Shown here: one piece after another, positions 25,687-30,305 of the stretch
Position numbering within the stretch: position 1 is the first letter of the stretch
Layout of the letters: every line of letters starts with the position of its first letter
From: a virus
Taxonomy: Duplodnaviria > Caudoviricetes
Reading direction: 5' to 3' (one strand)
IMG/VR virus record: IMGVR_UViG_3300012232_000038
Coordinates: 1-30,305 of that record
Length of the DNA stretch: 30,305 nucleotides
Made by a program: the position numbers and the translations under genes
Notes under the pieces: model-generated
The model's database searches: none
Told to the model about the DNA's origin: nothing
What the model saw: only the letters and a program-made list of their open reading frames with translations

Positions 25687-25746
25687 GCGGGCCGTGAAGG
25701 ATCACGCTGAGGCCACCAAGGACGGTGGCCCCGCCGAAAGGAATCC

Positions 25747-26151
25747 ATGAGCGCCAGGCTGGAGGATCTCGACCCCGACGTTCGCGCCAAAGCCGAGGCG
25801 CTGGTCGAACTCGCCAGGGAGGCGGGCTGCCCGATCAGGGTCACACATACCCTGAGAACCTGGGACGAGCAGGCCCACCTCTACGCCAAGGGCAGGACCC
25901 TTCCTGGAACCAAGGTGACCAACGCGCCACCGGGCTATTCCTGGCACAACTTCAAGCGTGCCTTTGATGTTTGTTTCGTAGGTCCGACGCCATACGAGGG
26001 GCCGTGGGAAAAGCTCGGGCCACTTGGCGAATCGGTGGGACTGGAATGGGGAGGGCGCTGGAAGAAGTTCACCGACCGGCCTCACTTCCAAGACACGGGT
26101 GGCATCTCGCTCGCACAGGCCAGGGCCAGCTACGCCGGAAATCTGGCATGA
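25747..26151 (+). CDS. endolysin, M15 family (L-Ala-D-Glu) peptidase
   Basis: RT.DEQ..LYAKGRT, SWHNF.RAFD, GLEWGG.W, DRPHFQ. Confidence 0.92.
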   Translation: MSARLEDLDPDVRAKAEALVELAREAGCPIRVTHTLRTWDEQAHLYAKGRTLPGTKVTNAPPGYSWHNFKRAFDVCFVGPTPYEGPWEKLGPLGESVGLEWGGRWKKFTDRPHFQDTGGISLAQARASYAGNLA

Positions 26152-26516
26152 CCGACAGGGGTTCATGTCCCGAGACTCGGGAATCATTAGCTCGGCTGGA
26201 CGAGCGGATCATCGCGATCAAGGACGAGCTGGAGCGGTTGGAGTCATCGGGAGAACGAGCGCTCAATCTGGCGTCGGCCGAGTTGGCTCGCAGGCTCGAC
26301 ACCCTGAACCACGCTCACGCGCAAGCGATAGAGGTGCAGGCGACCTACTTGACCCGAGAGGTCTTTGATTTGGCGATGAAAGAACTGACGAGCAGAGTCA
26401 CGTCGCTGGAGGGCGAGGCCCGAGAGTCCAGGGGCCGGCTCTACATTCCGATGGTAGCGATCGCCGCCATCGCCGCTGGATTGTCTGCTGCGGCAGTAAG
26501 GTTCTTGGTGCGATGA
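26148..26516 (+). CDS. coiled-coil protein with C-terminal TM helix (lysis-associated)
   Basis: ATGA overlap. LARLDERI heptads, TM segment IPMVAIAAIAAGLSAAAV. Confidence 0.7.
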   Translation: MTDRGSCPETRESLARLDERIIAIKDELERLESSGERALNLASAELARRLDTLNHAHAQAIEVQATYLTREVFDLAMKELTSRVTSLEGEARESRGRLYIPMVAIAAIAAGLSAAAVRFLVR

Positions 26517-26830
26517 AACTGCTCTCTTGGATCACCAGCTTTGAGCCCAAGGAACTGACCAAGCTGGCGCTCTTGCTCGGAGCGATCTTCGCCGGCTGTC
26601 AGGTCAACCGCCACGAGATTAACGAGGCTACCGCAGAATCCGATTCCAACTTCGTATACATCGACGAAGATTTGGCCACGATGCAGGAGACCATAACCAC
26701 CCTGACCCAGAGGGTAGCTGCACTCGAAGCCAAGAAGCCGGCGCGACGCGTGGTCAAGCGGCCGGCACCCAAGCCCAGGCCCGGATTGTTCTCCAGGCTG
26801 TGGGGTTCCATCCCGCTCATAGGAGGTTGA
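26513..26830 (+). CDS. putative lipoprotein or membrane protein, spanin-like
   Basis: LALLLGAIFAGC lipobox-like signal, coiled coil, Pro/basic linker. Confidence 0.55.
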   Translation: MKLLSWITSFEPKELTKLALLLGAIFAGCQVNRHEINEATAESDSNFVYIDEDLATMQETITTLTQRVAALEAKKPARRVVKRPAPKPRPGLFSRLWGSIPLIGG

Positions 26831-26831
26831 G

Positions 26832-27185
26832 ATGAAGTGGTTGCTGTGGGTTCTGATCTTCGCGGTCTTGTCGGTGGGGACCGCCTTGGCCGACCGATAC
26901 CCCGCCAAGCCGGAGTGCTCGCTGTTGAGCCAGCTTGCCCAGGGGTTCGAGGTCACTGGAGGTTTTCGCTGGGACTTCACCGAGGCTTGCCCGGTCCAGC
27001 GCTGCCGCAAGTCACACGAACTCGACAACGGTGATTCCAATGACACACCGTTCGCCGGTGCCAACCTGAGACTGCCTTATGGAGAGTACGGCGGTTTCTT
27101 CATCAGTGGTGATCGCGACCTGACGGACGCCCCACGCGGCAACCTGCGGGTGGGGATTTACTTCGCTCCGTGGAGGACTCAATGA
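26832..27185 (+). CDS. secreted beta-strand-rich protein
   Basis: Signal peptide ending ALA. Amphipathic strands FEVTGGFRWDF, FAGANLRLPY, LRVGIYF. AGGAGG RBS. Confidence 0.65.
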   Translation: MKWLLWVLIFAVLSVGTALADRYPAKPECSLLSQLAQGFEVTGGFRWDFTEACPVQRCRKSHELDNGDSNDTPFAGANLRLPYGEYGGFFISGDRDLTDAPRGNLRVGIYFAPWRTQ

Positions 27186-27499
27186 CTCCGGAAGCCATTC
27201 AGGCCATCTTCGATGCTAATGCCATCATCATCATGTTCGCGTGGGGCCTGCTCCACAAGTACCTGCCGTTCCTGAAGGCGGTGCCCAACACGCTGATCCC
27301 TTGGGTCAACATGGTGGGATACATCCTCGTCCGATTCGCGGTGCCGGATGCCCACGGGGCTGGACTCACGGACTCCATCCCGAGCCTGATCGGAGTGCTG
27401 ATCGGCGGATTCACCAACGCGATTTGGGCGCGGCAGGCCTACGAAGGATTCGGTCGCGGCCTGCTGGAGCGCTGGCTGAAGATCAAGAAGCCGGCGTAA
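27182..27499 (+). CDS. putative holin
   Basis: Two to three hydrophobic segments, K..P..K.VPN.LIP motif, basic C-terminus. Confidence 0.65.
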   Translation: MTPEAIQAIFDANAIIIMFAWGLLHKYLPFLKAVPNTLIPWVNMVGYILVRFAVPDAHGAGLTDSIPSLIGVLIGGFTNAIWARQAYEGFGRGLLERWLKIKKPA

Positions 27500-27500
27500 A

Positions 27501-27564
27501 CACGACGGCCCCCGGCGACGGGCGACCATCACTGGTCCCAGGCCGGGGGCCTTCGCCGTCCGTG
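27501..27564. terminator. long hairpin between convergent operons
   Basis: GGCCCCCGGC 27507-27516 pairs with GCCGGGGGCC 27542-27551, with inner GACCA/TGGTC stem. Confidence 0.6.
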
Positions 27565-27566
27565 GA

Positions 27567-27971
27567 CTACTCCTCATCCATCTTGGGGAAGTCGAGGTCC
27601 GGGCTGGATCGGAGGAACCGCGACCTAGCCACCTCGGTGCTCATGGCTTGGGCTACGGTGCGGGCCACCGCCGAGTAAGCCCTAGCAATCTCCAGATCAA
27701 TCTCCCCGTTGAGAATCCGGGTCGCCACCATGTTGGCTTGACCGGCAAACTCCCGGACGTTCTTCGGCTGTCTGAATCGCTTGATCGAGTCGCTTGATGG
27801 CCTTACGAAGGGTTTGGAGTTCCGGGACCCGACAACCAACCCGCTCAAGCCATCTGTGGACCCAGTCGCGTCGCTTGGCGGGGTTGCTTTTTTGGTAGGC
27901 GTCGACGGCAAGTCGGTGTTTTTCGCGGACTCCGGTTCGGGCCCGGTAGTCGTGTTGGTAGCAGGTGCCAC
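27567..27971 (-). CDS. hypothetical protein, start uncertain (only the last ~70 aa look coding)
   Basis: C-terminal ILNGEIDLEIARAYSAVAR helical domain. The 5' part overlaps 27697-28029. Confidence 0.5.
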   Translation of the reverse strand: MAPATNTTTGPEPESAKNTDLPSTPTKKATPPSDATGSTDGLSGLVVGSRNSKPFVRPSSDSIKRFRQPKNVREFAGQANMVATRILNGEIDLEIARAYSAVARTVAQAMSTEVARSRFLRSSPDLDFPKMDEE

Positions 27972-28029
27972 AGGTGTTGCCTCCGCGCTTGTTCAGGCTC
28001 CCGCACCGGGAGCATAGGTGGCCCTTCAT
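27697..28029 (-). CDS. Zn-finger protein
   Basis: ATGA overlap. CSRC...CGTC. Confidence 0.6.
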   Translation of the reverse strand: MKGHLCSRCGSLNKRGGNTCGTCYQHDYRARTGVREKHRLAVDAYQKSNPAKRRDWVHRWLERVGCRVPELQTLRKAIKRLDQAIQTAEERPGVCRSSQHGGDPDSQRGD

Positions 28030-28448
28030 TTCAGCATCGCCTCCATCGCTTGGACTAAGGCGGCGGCTTTCAACGCCGCCTTCACCTCGGCGGCCCGTTC
28101 GGGATAGGTTCTCAGCCACCACTCGATGAACTCGTCGGGATTGTCATGGCTCCAGCGATGGTGGGCAGCACATCCAGCCAGTGAGTTGGCGGGGAGCCAG
28201 CGCGTCGAGAGGTAGCGACGGCTTTTGATGTGCATCCACTGAAGCTGTGGCGTACAGCGCAGCGGCAGCCACCCCAGACTCTCATTCCAGGCCTTTCCCA
28301 AGCCGGCTAGCTGGCATTTGTAGCGGTCGCGCTCCATGACCAGCGCCCTTGTCTCCTGGTCTTTCTTGGCTTTCTCGGCTCGCGCCGATCGCTTGCGCTT
28401 CCGGGACTTCTTGGCGACTGGACGACGGGATAGCGGGCCGGGCTTCAT
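28026..28448 (-). CDS. NinG/HNH-like His-Me finger nuclease
   Basis: RDRYKCQ...C...LQWMHIKSRRYLSTRW...N...CAAHH. Confidence 0.75.
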   Translation of the reverse strand: MKPGPLSRRPVAKKSRKRKRSARAEKAKKDQETRALVMERDRYKCQLAGLGKAWNESLGWLPLRCTPQLQWMHIKSRRYLSTRWLPANSLAGCAAHHRWSHDNPDEFIEWWLRTYPERAAEVKAALKAAALVQAMEAMLK

Positions 28449-28636
28449 CGTCTCCGTTTGTCCTTCTCAACCTGTGGCCTCAGGTTGCGATGCGTGAACC
28501 CGATATGGGTGGAGATGTCCGCTAGTGCCAGCCCCGGCCACTGCTCGCCCCCGCTGCCCATGATCTGGAAGTCGCACTCCGGGCACTTGTAGCCCAATAG
28601 CGTGCCGTCCAGATCGCGGACCGGGATCGGCTTCAT
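28445..28636 (-). CDS. small C2H2-like Zn-finger protein
   Basis: YKCPEC...HIGFTH. ATGA overlaps. Confidence 0.6.
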   Translation of the reverse strand: MKPIPVRDLDGTLLGYKCPECDFQIMGSGGEQWPGLALADISTHIGFTHRNLRPQVEKDKRRR

Positions 28637-29040
28637 TGCCCGACGTCGTCCGGAGATGCCGGCCTGGTCAGGTCCCGCACCGCCTTGGCGTAGATGTTGG
28701 AGTAGCCGGAGATGTTAGGCACCTCGTCCAACACGCGGAGCACGAAGAAGTAGGTCTTGCCCTCCGGGAAGCCGGCCGCTGGCGCGATGGTCGTCGTCTG
28801 GAGCGTTCCAGAAGGAGCGGGCACGGGAAGTCCAGTGGCTCGGTTGCTGGTGGCCCACCAGGCATCGATGGTCTGTGGCGTCGGGGCATAGTTGTTCCAG
28901 CGCAACTGGTAGCTGGTCGCCGTGCCGGTCAGGCTATCATCTCCGGTCGCCGTCCAGCGCAGGGTGATGCTCGGAATCTGGGCATCAGCCTGGGTATATA
29001 TACCTAGGCTGATGAGTAGGGCGACGAGCGTGTATTTCAT
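28633..29040 (-). CDS. secreted fibronectin type III domain protein
   Basis: Signal peptide ending ADA. ITLRWTATGDD...TATSYQLR...TYFFVLRVLDE..N.S..SN. AGGAGG RBS. Confidence 0.8.
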   Translation of the reverse strand: MKYTLVALLISLGIYTQADAQIPSITLRWTATGDDSLTGTATSYQLRWNNYAPTPQTIDAWWATSNRATGLPVPAPSGTLQTTTIAPAAGFPEGKTYFFVLRVLDEVPNISGYSNIYAKAVRDLTRPASPDDVGQ

Positions 29041-29070
29041 GGTTCCTCCTTCTCCCAGGCGGTCGAGCCA

Positions 29071-29247
29071 TCATCGTTTCAGTTTCCGAGGCTGGAAAGC
29101 CTGGAGAGTCCAGGCCAGCATCCGACCGGCTACACCCTCGAACAGCCTGCGTGGCGGGTCGAACTGGGCGCAGAGACCCCCGAACATACGGGCCATTAGG
29201 TCTAAGGCCCTGGCCGTGTAGACAGGCTCAACTGTGGGCAGCCTCAT
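29071..29247 (-). CDS. hypothetical protein
   Basis: ATGA overlap with the upstream stop (MRLPTVEP...). Confidence 0.5.
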   Translation of the reverse strand: MRLPTVEPVYTARALDLMARMFGGLCAQFDPPRRLFEGVAGRMLAWTLQAFQPRKLKR

Positions 29248-29438
29248 GACTTTGTCCCGGCGTAGGCGCTGATAGCCTCCAACAGGCGATTGCGAGTGAT
29301 GAAGCTGCCTGGGTGTTCGTCGTCGCCCGCCTCGGCCACGATCATGTACTCGTGTTCTTTTAGTCGCAGCCTGACTAGCCCCCAAGAATCCAGTCCGGGC
29401 TCTAGGTCGGAACCAGAGATATACCGGGGCTCGGTCAC
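29244..29438 (-). CDS. hypothetical protein
   Basis: GTGA overlap, 64 aa. Confidence 0.6.
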   Translation of the reverse strand: MTEPRYISGSDLEPGLDSWGLVRLRLKEHEYMIVAEAGDDEHPGSFITRNRLLEAISAYAGTKS

Positions 29439-30025
29439 GACTTCACCTTCGGGGGTCGGCCCCGACGTTTCTTGAGCGGCGGGCCGCTTTCACCTGAACT
29501 AGCACCGGCCGCTTGACCGTCCTGCCGCGCGGCAGAATCGATTGCCTGACCGGCCCGCTGAGAACTCACCCGCCGCTTCCTCTTGGGCAGCCTCCCTGCG
29601 ATCTCTGCCTCCTGCTCCCGTATGGACCTCAAGATGGCCCTCAGGACGCAGTAGATGACCCGAGCCTGCTCCGAAGCCGTCAGCTTGACCTCTCGGCCCT
29701 GATAGGTCGCCATGCCATCCAGGACGATCAGTGACGCTTCGGCGTCTACCGGCGCGCGCTTTTCGGCAACCGGAAGGGTTTCACGTGCAACATGTTGGCT
29801 AACTCGTGTAATCAAAGGACTTGGGGCCAGAGTCGGCTCGTCCCTGAGGTCGTCCGGATCGTCTTCGTACACCGGCTCGATCGGATCTCCGTACATCTCC
29901 TTGGCTGACGGGATGGGTCCGGGGGCCGGCGGATCGTGGGGGCCGAAGCCGGCGATGACGTTGCCCGGCTGGATGACCTTGCCCTGAAGTGCAGCGATGG
30001 CGTCCAAGTCCTTTTGCAGACTCAA
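29435..30025 (-). CDS. hypothetical protein with C-terminal AT-hook
   Basis: GAAGGAGG RBS before TTG 30025. Ends KKRRGRPPKVKS. Confidence 0.65.
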   Translation of the reverse strand: MSLQKDLDAIAALQGKVIQPGNVIAGFGPHDPPAPGPIPSAKEMYGDPIEPVYEDDPDDLRDEPTLAPSPLITRVSQHVARETLPVAEKRAPVDAEASLIVLDGMATYQGREVKLTASEQARVIYCVLRAILRSIREQEAEIAGRLPKRKRRVSSQRAGQAIDSAARQDGQAAGASSGESGPPLKKRRGRPPKVKS

Positions 30026-30041
30026 GTTCCCTCCTTCGTGG

Positions 30042-30305
30042 CTAGAGGCATACCACGTTCTGATCGGCAAGGCACGAGATGTCGGTACGGCACGGGCCGT
30101 AGGAATAGAAGTTGGCCGTACCGGGTCGCTCCTGATCACAGTGGGTCAGCAACAGCTTGAAGGCGCCGCCGGAATCCGCGGCGACTCGCTTTCGTAGGTC
30201 GTTGTCCAGCGGCGCGAACCGCAACGGTCCCTGCCAGTGGTTCTCGTGGTTGGTGTTGTCGTGATGGCGACGACCGGCGCCCTCGCCCGACAGCACTCCG
30301 GCACC
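30042..30305 (-). CDS. C-terminal fragment of an adenylosuccinate synthetase (PurA)-like protein
   Basis: Frame open to the window edge: GAGVLSGE...DNTNHENHWQGPLRFAPLD...LLLTHCDQ...SYGP, matching the (TRH)GAG...N.WQG.LR...LD...LT..D...S.GP subfamily pattern. Confidence 0.65.
   Translation of the reverse strand, partial: GAGVLSGEGAGRRHHDNTNHENHWQGPLRFAPLDNDLRKRVAADSGGAFKLLLTHCDQERPGTANFYSYGPCRTDISCLADQNVVCL

Noticed and set aside
25706-25740. Hammerhead ribozyme (CTGA...GAAA)
   Set aside because: The core reads CTGAGG rather than CUGANGA, and stem placement does not fit.
1-30305. Integrase, att sites, tRNA genes or host flanking genes
   Set aside because: None recognisable. Lifestyle and prophage status cannot be determined from this window.

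Overview
This is a GC-rich tailed-phage genome segment with podovirus-like architecture. A rightward late operon spans about 1.65-27.5 kb: small accessory genes, an Ig-like protein, two Zn-ribbon paralogs, TerS/TerL, a sugar-modification cassette (NDP-sugar C-methyltransferase, FkbM methyltransferase, GT9-like, DUF4254-like), portal, scaffold, DUF5309/SU10-type major capsid, a second glycosyltransferase, tail tubular proteins, tail fibre, ejection proteins and a lysis cassette. Leftward early or accessory genes flank it at both ends. Highlights: (1) a GGY-NN pentamer array at 130-248 resembling the guide arrays of the recently reported VIPR systems, with no effector gene in the window; (2) a probable virion glycosylation/methylation system with Ser/Thr/Ala-rich candidate acceptor motifs in structural proteins; (3) a ~150-nt structured ncRNA candidate driven by a divergent promoter pair sharing one palindromic -35 box; (4) a candidate -1 frameshift joining the tail nozzle to the fibre. 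All family calls come from motif recognition by eye, not database searches.
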